A stretch of 63,304 bases of DNA, the filler included, from Chiloscyllium plagiosum (Eukaryota): NCBI RefSeq assembly GCF_004010195.1. It is 7 parts of one record of this genome, joined end to end, with 100 filler letters (N's around TTAATTAATTAA, not from the genome) between each part and the next. Parts side by side here need not be neighbours in the genome. Positions count along the whole stretch, not along the records: positions 1 to 26,109 come from NC_057710.1; 6 more parts are not named here. One strand, given 5' to 3'. The notes under the pieces are model-generated. The model worked only from the letters and a program-made list of their open reading frames with translations. It did no database searches and had not been told where the DNA came from. Position numbers and translations under genes: made by a program. Positions within the stretch are counted from its first letter, which is position 1, and each line of letters opens with the position of its first letter. Positions 12,035-25,707 of this stretch are shown here, one piece after another.

Positions 12035-13575
12035 ACATAGAAACCTAGAAGATAGGAGCAGGAGGAGGCCATTCGACCCTTTGGGCCTGCTCCGCCATTC
12101 ATCACATTCATAGCTGATCGTCCAACTCAGTCACCTAATCCTGCTTTCTCCCCATAATCTTTGATCCCATCAACCCCAAGTGCTACATCTAGCCGCCTCT
12201 TGACTACATTCAATGTATTGACATCAACTCCTTCCTGTGTTAATGAATCGCACTCATTAACTCACTCTGTGGGTGAACAAATGTCTACTCATTTCAGTGT
12301 TAAATGGTCCACCCCAAATCCTCAAACTGTGGCTCCTGGCTCAGGACACACCCACCATTGGGAATGTCCTCCCTGCATCTATCCTGTCTAGTCATGGAGT
12401 CATAGAGTCCTGCAACATGGAGACAGGCTCTTTCGCCCAAACTGGTGCATGCCTGCTAAAATGTCCATTTGTGTTAACTCCATTTCCCTGCACTTGGCCC
12501 ATATCCTTCTAAACCTTTCCGTGTATTTGCCCAAATGCTTTTTAAATGTTGTTCATGTACCCACCTCAACCACATCCATTGGCAATTCATTCCATATGTG
12601 TACCACCCTCTGTGTAAAAAAAATTGCCTCTCAGGTTCCCATTTATCCTTTCCCCTCTAACCTTACACTGATCCCCTCTAGTCCTCAATTCGCTAATCCT
12701 GAGAAAAAGACTGAGTGCTTCTCGTGATCTTGTACACTTCTGTAATTTCCCCCTCAGTCTTCTAATCTCTAAAGAAAGAAGTCCTAGCCTGTCCAAATTC
12801 TCCCTATAACTCAGACCCTTAAGTCCTGGCAACATCCTTGTAAATTTCTTCTGCTCTCTTTCCAGTTTAAAACATCCTTCCTATACAAAGGTGACCAAAG
12901 CTAAACACAATACTCCCAAGTGTGGTCTCTCCAACATCCTGCAGCATAACTTCCCAACTTCTATACTCAATGCCCTAACTGATGAAGGCCAGTATGCCAA
13001 AAGCTTTCTCCACTGCCCTGTCAACCTGTGACTCCATTTTCAGAAAACTGTGCACCTGAAATCCAAGATACCTCTGTTTTACTACACTGTTTAAGTTCCT
13101 ACTGTTCACTATGAAACTTGTACCTTGATCTGACTTTCCAAAATGCAAGAACTCACACTTAACTGTATTAAACTCCATTTGCCATTTCTCGGCCCACTTT
13201 CCCACTGATCAAGGTCCTGCTGCAATTTCTGAAACCTTCCTCACTATCCACGATACTGTGTCATCAGCTAACTTATTAATCAGGCCTTGTACATTCTCAT
13301 CCAAATCATTGATATAAATAACAAACAGTAATGAGTCCAGCGCCGACGCCTGATGCACTCCACTAGTCACAGGCCTCCAGTCCGACAAACATCTTCTATT
13401 CTTACCCTATGCTTCCTACCATCAAGCCAATTGTGTATCCAATCTGCAAGCTTGCCCTTGGTTCCATGCAATCTAACCTTTCAGCCTACCATGTGGAACC
13501 TTAGTAAAGGCCTTATTGAATTCCACATCGAGTACATCTACCACCTTGTCCTCGTCAACCTTCCTGATTACTTCA
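12035..13575 (-). mobile_element. Two adjacent CR1 3' fragments (tails at ~12035 and ~12390)
   Basis: WAEKWQMEFNTVKCEFLHFG, MLPGLKGLSYRENLDRLGL on minus strand; catagaaa/catagagt tail repeats. Confidence 0.88.
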
Positions 13576-13992
13576 AAAATGAATTGCTGCGAGAAATTAT
13601 AAAGAAAGACAGAGGGAACAATGGGCTGTTGCATTACCTCAGGTCAAATTTCCTCTCTCTCTCTCTGTGTCCAAGTACAGAATTCTGTGCAGAAACTGGG
13701 CCATTTGTGTGTTCTCTCCCTCAGGAGTTCTCCAGTCTGAAAGACTCCATCCAAACTCCCTGCCTCTTGCTGTTGTATCCATTGGCATTTTCTCAGCAAA
13801 GTGTCTAGTCTAAAAGGTTCAGACTCGATTTGCATGGCTCCACATTAACTTTTTGTAAGTAACTTTTACACCAGATCTTTGAAACACTATCGTTCTTTCT
13901 CCAACTCTGACTCTCTGTGTGACTGTAACTGCTCTTCTCCCAGATTCCATTCCATGCTCACTCAGGCTAGGCTGGGGAGAAGACAGTGTTAG

Positions 13993-14870
13993 CGAGTTTT
14001 GAGAAGATTTGTAGCTCAGGTTGAGGTTCTGGATGAAGGTTTGCTCGCTGATCTGGAAGGTTCATTTTCAGATCTTTCATCACCCTACTAAGTAACATCC
14101 TCAGTGGGCCTCCAGGCGAAGCACTGCACATGATTCCTGCTTTCTATTTATATGTTTGGGTTTGTTTGGGTTGGTGATGTCATTTCCTATGGTGGTGTCA
14201 TTTCCTGATGATGTGTTTGTTGATAGAGTTCTGGTTGGAATGCCATGCTTCTAGGAATTCTTGTGCGTGTCTCTGTTTGGCTTGTCCTAAGGTGGATGCG
14301 TTGGCCCAGTCGAAGTGTGTCCTTCCTTATTTGTATGTAAGGATACTAGTGAGAGAGGGTCTTGTCGTTTTGTGGCTCATTGGTGTTCATGTGTCCTGGT
14401 GGCTACTTTTCTGCCTATTTGTAGTGTTTGTTACAGTCCTTGCATGGTATTTTGTAAATGACATTAGTTTTGCTTGTTGTCTGTATAGGGTCTTTCAAGT
14501 TCGTTGGCTGCCTTTTTAGTGTGTTGGTAGGTTTGTAGGCTACCATGATGCCAAGGGGTCCGAGTAGTCTGGCAGTCATTTCCGAGATGTCTTTTATGTA
14601 GGTGAGAGTGGCTAGGGTTTCTGGACGTGTTTTGTCTGCTTGTTTGGGTTTGTTGCTGAGAAATCGGCAGACTGTGTTCATTGGGTACCCATTCTTTTTG
14701 AATACACAGTATAGGTGATTTTCCTGTGCTCTGCGTAGTTTCTCTGTGCTGCAGTGTGTGTTGGCTTGCTGAAATAATGTTCTGATGCAGCTTCGTTTGT
14801 GGATGTTGGGATGATTGCTTCTGTAGTTCAATATTTGGTCCGGATGTGTTCTTTTCCTGTAGACGCTGGT
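13993..14870 (-). mobile_element. Penelope-like element family B, 3' part (RT thumb, GIY-YIG, pLTR)
   Basis: VYRKRTHPDQILNYRSNHP..KRSCIRTL..NGYP and NVIYKIPCKDCNKHY; same family at 18440-18547, 34487-34933, 61862-62445. Confidence 0.9.
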
Positions 14871-14871
14871 C

Positions 14872-15100
14872 TTCTTCATGCAGAGAGTGGTGCGTATATG
14901 AAATGGACTGCCAGAGAAAGTGGTTACGACGGGTACAATAGCAACATTTAAATCATTTGGATAGGTACATGGATGGGAAGGGTTTAGAGGGATATGGACC
15001 AAATGCAGGTAATTGGAACTAGCTTGTTGGGCACCAGACTCAGCATGGACCAGTTTGGGCCAAAGGGCCTGTTCCCATGTTGTATTACTCTATGACTCTC
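14872..15100 (+). mobile_element. CR1 3' end fragment
   Basis: cagagagtggtgcgtatatgaaatggactgccagag... gggccaaagggcctgtt ... tatgactc tail. Confidence 0.8.
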
Positions 15101-15361
15101 AATGTAAAACATAGAGTGTTGTGGTTGCTATCAGTAACACATTCCCCACTCTCACCTCAAACACCTGTCCAGCTTTATTCCCCAGATTGAGGTCCAGCAC
15201 TGTCCCTTGTAGGATCTTCCACATGTTGAATTTCTCTCTTCTCGACATCTGCTATAAGAGGACTATCCCAATTTAAATTGAAACAGTTGAAATCCCTAAT
15301 ACAATTACCTGATTATAATTTTTAGCTGTCGGCCTTTCTGGGACAGGGTTTTTTTTCACAA

Positions 15362-17140
15362 GCTGAAAATGTGTTGCTGGTAAAGCGCAACAGGTCAGGC
15401 AGCATCCAAGGAACAGGAGAATCGACGTTTCAGGCATAAGCCCTTCTTCAGGAATGAGAAAAGTGTGACCAGCAGGCTAAGATAAAAGGTAGGGAGGAGG
15501 GACTTGGGGGAGGGGCGTTGGAAATGCGATAGGTGGAAGGAGATCAAGGTGAGGGTGATAGGCCGGAGTGGGCTGGGGGCGGAGAGGTCAGGAAGAAGAT
15601 TGCAGGTTAGGAAGGCGGTGCTGAGTTTGAGGGATTTGACTGAGACAAGGTGGGGGGAGGGCAAATGAGGAAACTGGAGAAATCTGAGTTCATCCCATTT
15701 GGTTGGAGGGTTCCTAGGCGGAAGATGAGGCGCTCTTCCTCCAACCATCATGTTGCTGTGGTCTGGCGATGGAGGAGTCCAAGGTCCTGCATGTCCTTGG
15801 TGGAGTGGGAGGGGGAGTTGAAGTGTTGAACCACGGGGTGGTTGGGTTGGTTGGTCCGGGTGTCCCAGAGGTGTTCTCTGAAACGTTCCGCAAGTAGGCG
15901 GCCTGTCTCCCCAATATAGAGGAGGCCACATCGGGTGCAGCGGATGCGATAAATGATGTGTGTGGAGGTTCAGGTGAATTTGTGGCGGANNNNNNNNNNN
16001 NNNNNNNNGGGGTGGTAGGTGAGGACCAGTGGGGTTCTGTCCTGGTGGTGGTTGGAGGGGCGGGGCTCAAAGGCGGAGGAACGGGAAGTGGAGGAGATGC
16101 AGTGGAGGGCATCGTCGACCACGTCTGGGGGGAAATTGCGGTCTTTGAAGAAGGAGGCCATCTGGGTTGTACGGTATTGGAACTGGTCCTCATGGGAGCA
16201 GATGCGGCGGAGACGAAGGAATTGGGAATATGGTATGGCATTTTTACAGAGGGCAGGGTGGGAGGAGGTGTAGTCTAGGTAGCTGTGGGAGTCGGTCGAT
16301 TTATAGTCAATGTCCGTGTTGATTCGGTCGCCCGAGATAGAAATGGAAAGGTCTAGGAAGTGGAGAGAGAAGTCTGAGACGGTCCAGGTGAATTTGAGGT
16401 CGGGGTGGGACAATAGGTCGGCCAGGGCAGTCAGGTTTGTGGATTTTGGGCAGGAGGTAGAAACGGGCAGTGAGCGGTTGTGGGACTATGAGGTTGGAGG
16501 CGGTGGATGGGAGATCCCCTGAGATGATGAGGTTATGGGTAGTCTGGGAGATGATAGTTTGGTGGTGGGAGGTGGGGTAATGGTCAAGGGGGCAGTAGGA
16601 GGAGGTGTCTGCGAGCTGGCGTTTAGCCTCAGCGGTGTAAAGGTCGGTGCGCCAAACTACTACCGCGCCTCCCTTGTCTGCCGGTTTGATAGTGATGTTG
16701 GGGTTGGAACGGAGAGAGTGGAGGGCTGCACGTTCCGAGGGTGAGAGGTTGGAGTGGGTGATAGGGGCGGAGAGGTTGAGGCGGTTAATATCACGGCGGC
16801 AGTTGGCTACGAAGAGATCGAGGGCGGGTAAGAGACCAGCACGGGGTGTCCAGGTGGATGGGGTGTGTTGGAGGTGGGAGAAGGGGTCGTCAGAGGGTGG
16901 GCGAGAATCTTGGTTGAAGAAGTAGGCGCGGAGGCGAAGGCGGCAGAAGAATCGTTCGAGGTCACGCCGTGTGTTGAACTCGTTAATCCGGGAGCGTAGG
17001 GGGATGAAGGTGAGGCCTCTGCTGAGGACTGATCTTTCATCCTCAGAGAGGGGTAGTTCTGGAGGGATGGTGAAAACACGGCAGGGCTGGGAGCTAGGAC
17101 CTGGTGTGGGGCCGGGGTTGGGCGTGGGGGCGGGGTTATA
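15362..17140 (-). mobile_element. Penelope-like element family A (RT N-terminal part, RT core end/thumb, GIY-YIG, pLTR), internally deleted
   Basis: HPDLKFTW..FLDLSI..YKSTDSHSYLDYTSSHP..KNAIPYSQFLRLRRICS; CGLLYIGET-type GIY-YIG segment near 15900-15950; pLTR with hammerhead at 15421-15455. Confidence 0.92.
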
Positions 17141-17174
17141 CAGACCAACTTGTGATGATTTTTCAACTAAAGGA

Positions 17175-18070
17175 CATAAAAATCAGTAGCAGGAGTAGGC
17201 AATTCAGCCCCTTGAGTCTGCTCTGCCATCGAATACAATCATGGCTGATCTCATCTCAGCCTCAATGCCACTTCCCTGTCCCCTCTCCCCAACCCTTCAA
17301 CCCATTGCTAATTAAAAATCTGACTATCTTCTTAAATTAACTCAATGTCCCAGCATCCATTGAACTCGGGTAATGAATTCCACAGTCATGATATTTCCCC
17401 TTATGTCTGTTTTAAATTACTGCAACTTATCCAAAAACTATGACCTCGCAATCTAGATTGTTTGACATCAGGAAATATGTTTTCTACATGTACTTTGTCA
17501 ATCTCTTTAGCATCTTATACACGTCAATGAGAGATCCTCTCATTTTTCTAAACGCCGGACAGTATAGGCCCAAACTGCTCAATCTCTCTGTAAACAAGTC
17601 TGTCATCTCTGGAATTAATCTCATGAATCTCCTCTGAGCTATATCTAATGTAACTGCATTCCTTTTCATGTAAGGGATCTAAATCTGACCACAATTCTCT
17701 CGATGCAGTCTCAGAAATGCATTATGTAGTTGCAGCAACACTTAGCTACTTTTGTATTCTATAAATGTTAAAATTCCATTTGCCTTCCTAATTACCTGCT
17801 GTGTTTGTATGCTAGTTTTCAGCAGTTCATGCACAAAGACACTCAGATCCCTCTGCACCGAAGCACATGAAATTTCTCTCCATTTGGATAAGGTGCCTTT
17901 CTGATCCCCGACCAAAATGGATTACTTCACACTTATCTACATTAAACTGCAACTCTAAACTTTGTTCCATTCACCTGACTATCCGTATTAATTTATAAAG
18001 TTCGTATTTCTTCATTGCAACCTATTATTTTCCCAACTATTTTACAGTCACCTTCAAATTTGGTGATAAT
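17175..18070 (-). mobile_element. Old CR1 3' fragment
   Basis: AQRRFMRLIPEM..ERLSSLGLY..RKMRGSLIDVYKML; typical tail aggagtaggcaattcagccccttgag. Confidence 0.8.
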
Positions 18071-18439
18071 ACTTTCTAGAGCGACATGCAAGACATTAAT
18101 ATTGACTGCAAGAAAAAGACCCATTTATCTCCACTCTCTGCAATTTTTACCTAGTTCAATGGGCTTAGGCTACTTTACCTGCTTGTAAAATGAGGCCCAA
18201 CTACAAAACATTGAGCACAAAACATTGGAGCAGGTAGGACTTGAACCCAGGTCTTCTCGCTCAGTGGTAGGGACACTGCACCACAAGAGTTCTAAAATGG
18301 TACAACCTCCATTCCTGGATGGTCTCAAACCACCAACCTTGTGGTTACCAGCCAGATGCAATAGCCAATGGAAGAGGAAGGTTGGGAGAAGCCTCCAGTG
18401 GAGATGATCTGCATGGGGTGGCATGGTGGCTCAGTAGTT

Positions 18440-18547
18440 AGCAGCTAATGAACTTGAAAGACCTTGTACTGACAACAAGCAAAACTAATGTCATCTACAA
18501 AATACCTTTCATGGACTGTAACAAACGCTACATTGGACAAACAGGCA
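18440..18547 (+). mobile_element. Penelope-like family B GIY-YIG fragment at gap edge
   Basis: NVIYKIPFMDCNKRYIGQTG; preceded by a SINE head stub ggcatggtggctcagtagttagca. Confidence 0.85.
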
Positions 18548-19388
18548 NNNNNNNNNNNNNNNNNNNNNNNNNNNNNNNNNNNNNNNNNNNNNNNNNNNNN
18601 NNNNNNNNNNNNNNNNNNNNNNNNNNNNNNNNNNNNNNNNNNNNNNNNNNNNNNNNNNNNNNNNNNNNNNNNNNNNNNNNNNNNNNNNNNNNNNNNNNNN
18701 NNNNNNNNNNNNNNNNNNNNNNNNNNNNNNNNNNNNNNNNNNNNNNNNNNNNNNNNNNNNNNNNNNNNNNNNNNNNNNNNNNNNNNNNNNNNNNNNNNNN
18801 NNNNNNNNNNNNNNNNNNNNNNNNNNNNNNNNNNNNNNNNNNNNNNNNNNNNNNNNNNNNNNNNNNNNNNNNNNNNNNNNNNNNNNNNNNNNNNNNNNNN
18901 NNNNNNNNNNNNNNNNNNNNNNNNNNNNNNNNNNNNNNNNNNNNNNNNNNNNNNNNNNNNNNNNNNNNNNNNNNNNNNNNNNNNNNNNNNNNNNNNNNNN
19001 NNNNNNNNNNNNNNNNNNNNNNNNNNNNNNNNNNNNNNNNNNNNNNNNNNNNNNNNNNNNNNNNNNNNNNNNNNNNNNNNNNNNNNNNNNNNNNNNNNNN
19101 NNNNNNNNNNNNNNNNNNNNNNNNNNNNNNNNNNNNNNNNNNNNNNNNNNNNNNNNNNNNNNNNNNNNNNNNNNNNNNNNNNNNNNNNNNNNNNNNNNNN
19201 NNNNNNNNNNNNNNNNNNNNNNNNNNNNNNNNNNNNNNNNNNNNNNNNNNNNNNNNNNNNNNNNNNNNNNNNNNNNNNNNNNNNNNNNNNNNNNNNNNNN
19301 NNNNNNNNNNNNNNNNNNNNNNNNNNNNNNNNNNNNNNNNNNNNNNNNNNNNNNNNNNNNNNNNNNNNNNNNNNNNNNNNNNNNNNNN

Positions 19389-19632
19389 CCCCACTCCGGC
19401 CTATCACCCTCACCTTGACCTCCTTCCACCTATCGCATTTCCAACGCCCCTCCCCCAAGTCCCTCCTCTCTACCTTTTATCTTAGCCTGCTGGGCACACT
19501 TTCCTCATTCCTGAAGAAGGGTTTATGCCCGAAACGTCGATTCTCCTGTTATTTGGATGCTGCCTGACCTGTTGTGCTTTTCCAGCAACACATTTTCAGC
19601 TCTGATCTCCAGCATCTGCAGTCCTCATTTTG
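19389..19632 (+). mobile_element. Penelope-like family A pLTR with hammerhead (CUGAAGA core, 19511-19538)
   Basis: Near-identical reverse complement of 15362-15572. Confidence 0.88.
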
Positions 19633-20125
19633 TCCTCGAAGATTTTTTTTCACTAACCAGTACAAGAAAGAGAGAATTCCTGAAGTAATAATTGCAGTTT
19701 CTTTGCATTCAGAGAGTTTATGACTATGAATCATTGAAAAATGTTAGCCTTCTTTCGATTTACACAAATGCTGATTTGAAAAAAAGATTGCAAAGTTTTT
19801 AATTTCAGTTTGTAGAGGTCTTGCTTAGGGTTAGATTTAAGAATAATTTGACCTGGAAGAAGAAGTCACTTCAAACAATGAAGTAATAAGAGATCTCAGG
19901 ATAAGGGTTTTACTTTGAAATTCTGTAAGAGAAGTATGAGATAGACTTCTGACTGGGTTATTTGTTGCTGAAAAAAAATCTTAGCTCAGTTCTGTGAAAG
20001 TAAAGTCACCATCGCCTTACCAGACCATAGGGCTGCTCTCTCATGAGAGAGAGGCAACTAGTGATGATTTAATCTGAGGGTAACTTCACCATGAGGGGGT
20101 TTGGTTTGGTCTCTAACAAGAGTCC

Positions 20126-20693
20126 TCATTAAGTAATGTTCTACTGCACTTTGACCCTCGGCTGTGCAACAAAATATTTGACGAAGGTAGCCTGGACCCT
20201 AACTTTTTCTTATTTTAGAGATCGATGTGAAGTGCTGTATTCCAGATACAATGTGACTGGTCAAACCATTCGACATTAAACAGAACACAATTTATTTAAA
20301 CACTGTGGTTAAAATGCAAACAAAAGGAATTTAGAATAACTTAATGATTGGAAAACTTAACCGAATATTAGATAACTAACTTCTGAGTAAAAAAAAGTTG
20401 TCGCTTATGTCTTTTTAAAATCTCTCTCTTCTCACTTTAAACTGTGCCCCTTAATTTTTCTTTTGAGACCCTAAATAGCTTCAGTTAAAACTAAACTTAA
20501 AAACTAAAGGACATAGAAAACCTGGTCTGTGAGAGCTGGCCATATCCAGATTGCTTTCATTGTTCAACTTTTTAAAAAACCCCTAAGGCTTCACAATTTT
20601 TTTTACTTTCTTGGAGACAGCTCCAAACCTCAGCCTTACAAGCTCTCTTCAAAATAACGGACAAAATAATCTCTTAAAGTGACAATATCATCA
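20126..20693 (-). mobile_element. Possible solo LTR
   Basis: Minus strand begins TGATGATATTGTCACTTTAAGAG (cf. ctttaagag in the 6345 LTR start), has AATAAA, ends ...AACA; boundaries uncertain. Confidence 0.35.
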
Positions 20694-20729
20694 AACTCAA
20701 TAGTTGAGGCACAGGTAGGCATTAATGTG

Positions 20730-20960
20730 ATCACAAAAGAAACTCCAGGATGGCGTGTTGACTGCCTGGTAACAGGACACAGGATATTTTGAAGGAGGAC
20801 AGTGAACAGGCAGAGATTATGGTCCATATTAGTGCCAACAGAAAGAGCAGATGAGGTTCTGCAAAGAGAATTGAAGATATTAGGCAATATATTGAAAAGC
20901 AGGGTTTTAATTTTGCGATCACACCCTGTGCCACATGTCAGTGAGTCTAGGAACAGGAAC
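20730..20960 (+). mobile_element. Old CR1 ORF1 (SGNH esterase) fragment
   Basis: QDILKEDSEQAEIMVHISAN..DEVLQRE..LKSR aligns by eye with ORF 59716-60162. Confidence 0.65.
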
Positions 20961-20961
20961 A

Positions 20962-21150
20962 AGGTAGCACAGTAGCTAAGTAGTTTGCACTGCTGCCTCA
21001 AAGCACCAAGGACCAAGGCTTGTTACCAGTTTCAGGTGATTCTCTGTGTGGAGTTTGCACATTATTCCCATGTCTGCATGAGTTTCCTCCGGGTGCTCCG
21101 GTTTCCTCGTATAATCCAAGTATGTGCAGGGTGGGTGGATTAGCCTTAGA
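20962..21150 (+). mobile_element. HE1-type SINE, 3'-truncated
   Basis: ggtagcacagt..gcactgctgcctca..tgtgtggagtttgcac..tttcctccgggtgctccggtttcc. Confidence 0.8.
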
Positions 21151-21159
21151 AAATGCTGA

Positions 21160-24100
21160 GCTCTGGGGTCTCTGTAACTGTCTATGGGATCTCTGTAAAT
21201 GTCTCTGGGGTCTCAATAACCTTCTCCGGGGTCTCAGTAACGCCTCCGTGATCTTAGAAACTGTCTATGGGGTGTCAGTAGCTGTCTCTGCAGTGTCAGC
21301 AACTGTCTTCGGAGTCTCCGTAATTGTCTCTGAGGTCTCAGTAACAGTCTCCGGAGTCTCAGTAACTGTCTGCGGAGTCTCAGTAACTGTCTGCGGAGTC
21401 TCAGTAACAGTCTCCGGAGTCTCAGTAACAGTCTCCGGAGTCTCAGTAACTGTCTGCGGAGTCTCAGTAACTGTCTCAGGGGTCTCAGTAACAGGCTCCG
21501 GGGTCCGTCAAACTATCTACAGGGTCACAGTAACTGTCTCCGGAGTCTCTCTAACTGTCTGCAGGTTCTCAGTAACGGTCTCTGGGGTATGAGTAACTGT
21601 CTCCAGGGTCTCAGTAACTATCTCCGGGGTCTCAGTAACTGTCTCTCGGGTCTCTCTAACTATCTCTCGGGTCTCAGTAACTGTCTTCAGAGTCTCAGTA
21701 ACTGTCTCTGGGGTCTCAGTAACTGTCTAAGGGGTTTCAGTAACTGTCTCCAGGGTCTCCGTAACTGTCTCTGGGATCTCAGTAATTGTCTCCGGGGTCT
21801 CAGTAGCTGTCTCCGGGGTCTCAGTAACTGTCTTTCGGGTCTCAGTAACTGTGTCCGGGGTCTCAGTAACTGACTCCGGGGTCTCAGGAACTGTCTCTGG
21901 AGTCTCAGTAACAGGCGGGGTCTCTCTAACTTTATACAGGGTCTCAGTAACTGTTTCCGGAGTCTGGAGTCTCAGTAACTATCTCTCAGTGTCTCAGTAA
22001 CTGTTTCTGGAGTCCGGCATCTCAGTAACTATCTCTGGAGTCTCAGTAACTATCTCCGGAGTCTCAGTAACTATCTCCGGAGTCTCAGTAACTGTCTCCG
22101 GTGTTTCAGTAACTATCTCTGGAGTCTCAGTAACTATCTCCGGAGTCTCAGTAACTATCTCTGGAATCTCAGTAACTATCTCCGGAGTCTCAGTAACTAT
22201 CTTTGGAGTCTCAGTAACTATCTTCGGACTCTCAGTAACTGTCTCCGGCGTCTCAGTAACTATCTCTGGAGTCTCAGTAACTATCTCCGGAGTCTCAGTA
22301 ACTATCTTTGGAGTCTCAGTAACTATCTCCGGAGTCTCAGTAACTATCTTTGTAGTCTCAGTAACTATCTCCGGGGTCTCAGTAACTGTGTCCGGCATCT
22401 CAGTAACTGTGTTCGGGGTCTCAGTAACTGTGTCCGGGATCTCAGTAACTGTGTCCAGGGTCTCAGTAACAGTATCCGGGATCTCAGTAACTGTGTCCGG
22501 CATCTCAGTAACTGTGTCTGGGATCTCAGTAACTGTGTATGGGATCTCAGTAACTATGTCCGGGGTCTCAGTAACTGTATCCGGGATCTCAGTAACTGTG
22601 TCCGGGATCTCAGTAACTGGGTCCGGGATCTCAGTAACTGTGTCCGGTGTCTCAGTAACTGTGTCCGGGATCTCAGTAACTGTGTCCGGGATCTCAGTAA
22701 CTGTATCCGGGATCTCAGTAACTGTCTCTGTAGTCTCAGTAACTGTGTCTGGGATCTCAGTAACTGTGTCCGGTGCCTCAGTGACTGTGTCCGGGATCTC
22801 AGTAACTGTGTCCGGGATCTCAGTAACTGTGTCCGGTGTCTCAGTAACTGTGTCCGGGATCTCAGTAACTGTGTCCGGGATCTCAGTAACTGTATCCGGG
22901 ATCTCAGTAACTGTCTCTGTAGTCTCAGTAACTGTGTCTGGGATCTCAGTAACTGTGTCCAGGATCTCAGTAACTGTGTCCGGTGTCTCAGTGACTGTGT
23001 CCGGGATCTCAGTAACTGTGTCCGGGGTCTCAGTAACTGTGTCCGGGGTCTCAGTAACTGTGTCCGGGATCTCAGTAATTGTGTCCGGGGTCTCAGTAAC
23101 TGTATCCGGGATCTCAGTAACTGTGTCTGGGATCTCAGTAATGGTGTCCGGGGTCTCTGTAACTGTATCCGGGGTCTCAGTAATTGTATCCGGGATCTCA
23201 GTAACTGTGTCCGGGATCTCAGTAACTGTATCCGGGATCTCAGTAACTGTATCCGGGATCTGAGTACCTGTGTCCGGGGTCTCAGTAACTGTGTCCGGGG
23301 TCTCAGTAACTGTTCCGGGTTCTCAGTAACTGTGTCCGGGGTCTCAGTGGCTGTATCCGGGATCTCAGTAACTGTGTCCGGGGTCTGAGTAACTGTGTCC
23401 GGGGTCTCAGTAACTGTGTCCGGGGTCTCAGTAACTGTATCCGGGATCTCAGTAACTGTGTCCGATGTCTCAGTAACTGTGTCCGGGGTCTCAGTAACTG
23501 TGTCCGATGTCTCAGTTACTGTGTCCGGGGTCTCAGTATCTGTGTCCGGGGTCTCAGTAACTGTATCCGGAGTCTCAGTAACTCTGTCCGATGTCTCAGT
23601 AACTGTGTCCGGGGTCTCAGTGGCTGTATCCGGGATCTCATTAACTGTCTCTGGAGTCTCAGTAACTGTGTCCGGGATCTCAGTAACTGTATCCGGGATC
23701 TGAGTAACTGTCTCTGGAGTCTCAGTAACTGTGTCTGGGATCCCAGTAACTGATTCCGGGATCTCAGTAACTGTGTCCGGGGTCTCAGTAACTGTGTCCG
23801 GGATCTCAGTAACTGTTCCGGGTTCTCAGTAACTGTGTCCGGGGTCTCAGTGGCTGTATCCGGGATCTCATTAACTGTCTCTGGAGTCTCAGTAACTGTG
23901 TCCAGGGTCTCAGTAACTGTGTCCGGGGTCTCAGTAACTGTGTCCGGCGTCTCAGTAACTGTGTCCGGGATCTCAGTAACTGTGTCCGGGGTCTCAGTAA
24001 CTGTGTCCGGGGTCTCAGTAACTGTGTCCGATGTCTCAGTAACTGTGTCCGGGGTCTCAGTAACTGTGTCCGGGATCTCAGTAACTGTGTCCGATGTCTC

Positions 24101-24535
24101 AGTAACTGTATCCGTGATCTCAGTAACTGTGTCCGGGGTCTCAGTAACTGTGTCCGGGGTCTCAGTAACTGTGTCCGGGATCTCAGTAACTGTGTCCGGG
24201 ATCTCAGTAATTGTGTCCGGGATCTCAGTAACTGTGTCCGGGGTCTCTGTAACTGTGTCCGGGATCTCAGTAACTGTATCCGGGATCTCAGTAACTGTGT
24301 CCGGGATCTGAGTAACTGTGTCCGGGGTCTCTGTAACTGTGTCCGGGGTCTCAGTAACTGTATCCGGGATCTCAGTAACTGTGTCCGGGATCTCAGTAAC
24401 TGTATCCGGGATCTCAGTAACTGTGTCCGGGATCTCAGTAGATGTGTCCGTGGTCTCAGCAACTGTCTCCAGGGCCTCAGTAACTGTCTCCAGAGTCTCC
24501 ATAACTGTGTCCGGGGTCTCTGTAACTGTCTCCGC
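21160..24535. repeat. 21-bp tandem array (~160 units), consensus GTCTCAGTAACTGTGTCCGGG
   Basis: Directly visible periodicity; degenerate at left edge, homogeneous in centre/right; degenerate continuation at 25708-25866. Confidence 0.97.
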
Positions 24536-24540
24536 GTTCC

Positions 24541-25707
24541 ATAACAGGGTCAAGATTAGAGTGGTGCAGGAAAAGCATCGTCTGAGGAGCAGGAAAATCG
24601 ACATTTCGTGCAATTGCTCTTTGTCAGCAATGAGAGTGGAAGCTTCAGGGGTGGAGAGATCAATGGGAGGGGTGGGGCTGGGGGGTGGGGCTAAAGGTGT
24701 TAGGTCGGAGTGGAGGGTGGAGCGGATAGTTGGGAAGGAAGATTGACAGGTGGGACAGGTCATGAGGACAGTGCTGAACTGGAAGGTTGGATTTGGGGTA
24801 AGGTGGGAGGAGAGGGAATGAGGAAACTGGTCAAGTCCACATTGATGCCATGGATTTGGGTGGCCCGAGACAGAAGATGAGGTGTTCTTCCTCCAGGGGT
24901 CAGGTGGTGAGGGAGTGGCGGTGGAGGAGGCCCAGGACTGGCATGTGGGAGGGGAAGTTGAAATGTTGGGCCACAGGGCGGTGTGGTTGATTGGTGCAGG
25001 TGTCCCGGAGATGTTCCCTAAAGCGCTCTGCAAGAAGGCGTCCAGTCTCCCCAATGTAGAGGAGACCACATCGGGAGCAGCGAATACAGTAAATGACATG
25101 TGTGGAAGTGCAGCTGAAACTTTAATGGATGTGGAAGGCTCCTTTGGGGCCTTGGACGGAGGTGAGGGAGGAGGTGTGGACGCAGGTTTTGCAATTCCTA
25201 TGGTGGCAGGGGAAGGTGCCAGCAGGAGATAGTGGGTTGTTGGGAGGGCATGGACCTGACCAGGTGGTCTTTGCGGAAAGCGGAAAGGGGTGTGGAGGGA
25301 AATATATCCCTGGTGCTGGGGGCAATTTGTAGGTGGTGGAAATGGCAGAGGATGATGCGATTTATGCGGAGTTTAGTAGGGTGGAAGGTTATGATCGGGG
25401 CTTTCTGTCCTTGTTACGGTTGGAGGGGTGGGGTTCGAGGGCAGAGGTGCAGGGCGTGGATAAGATGTGTTGGAGGGCATCTTCAACCACTTGGGAGGGG
25501 AAGTTGCGTTCTTTAAAGAAGGAGGCCATCTGGTGTGTTCTGTGGCGGAGGTGGAGGAGCAGATGCGGCGGAGGTGGAGGAGTTGGGAATAAAGGATAAC
25601 ATTTTTGCAGGAAGTAGTGTGGGAGGAGGTGTAATTCAGGTAGCGATGGAAGTCGGTGGGCTTATAGAAAATGTCACTGTTGAGCTGATCATCATTGATG
25701 GAGATGG
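24541..25707 (-). mobile_element. Penelope-like family A 3' portion inserted in the 21-bp array
   Basis: GTFPCHHRNCKTCVHTS..GPKGAFHIH, CIRCSRCGLLYIGET-type segment, rearranged pLTR at left end. Confidence 0.88.

Noticed and set aside
13580..13980. Unique-looking segment with octamer ATTTGCAT (~13828) and several splice-like sites
   Set aside because: No acceptor/donor pair bounds a convincing open frame; a single octamer is expected by chance.
18445..19567. ~300-aa ORFs in all frames
   Set aside because: Artefacts of translating an N gap.
21020..25099. Long mucin-like ORFs (TVTEIPD, SVTVSG repeats)
   Set aside because: Read-through of a 21-bp satellite; several frames on both strands are open and 20-bp units cause frameshifts.
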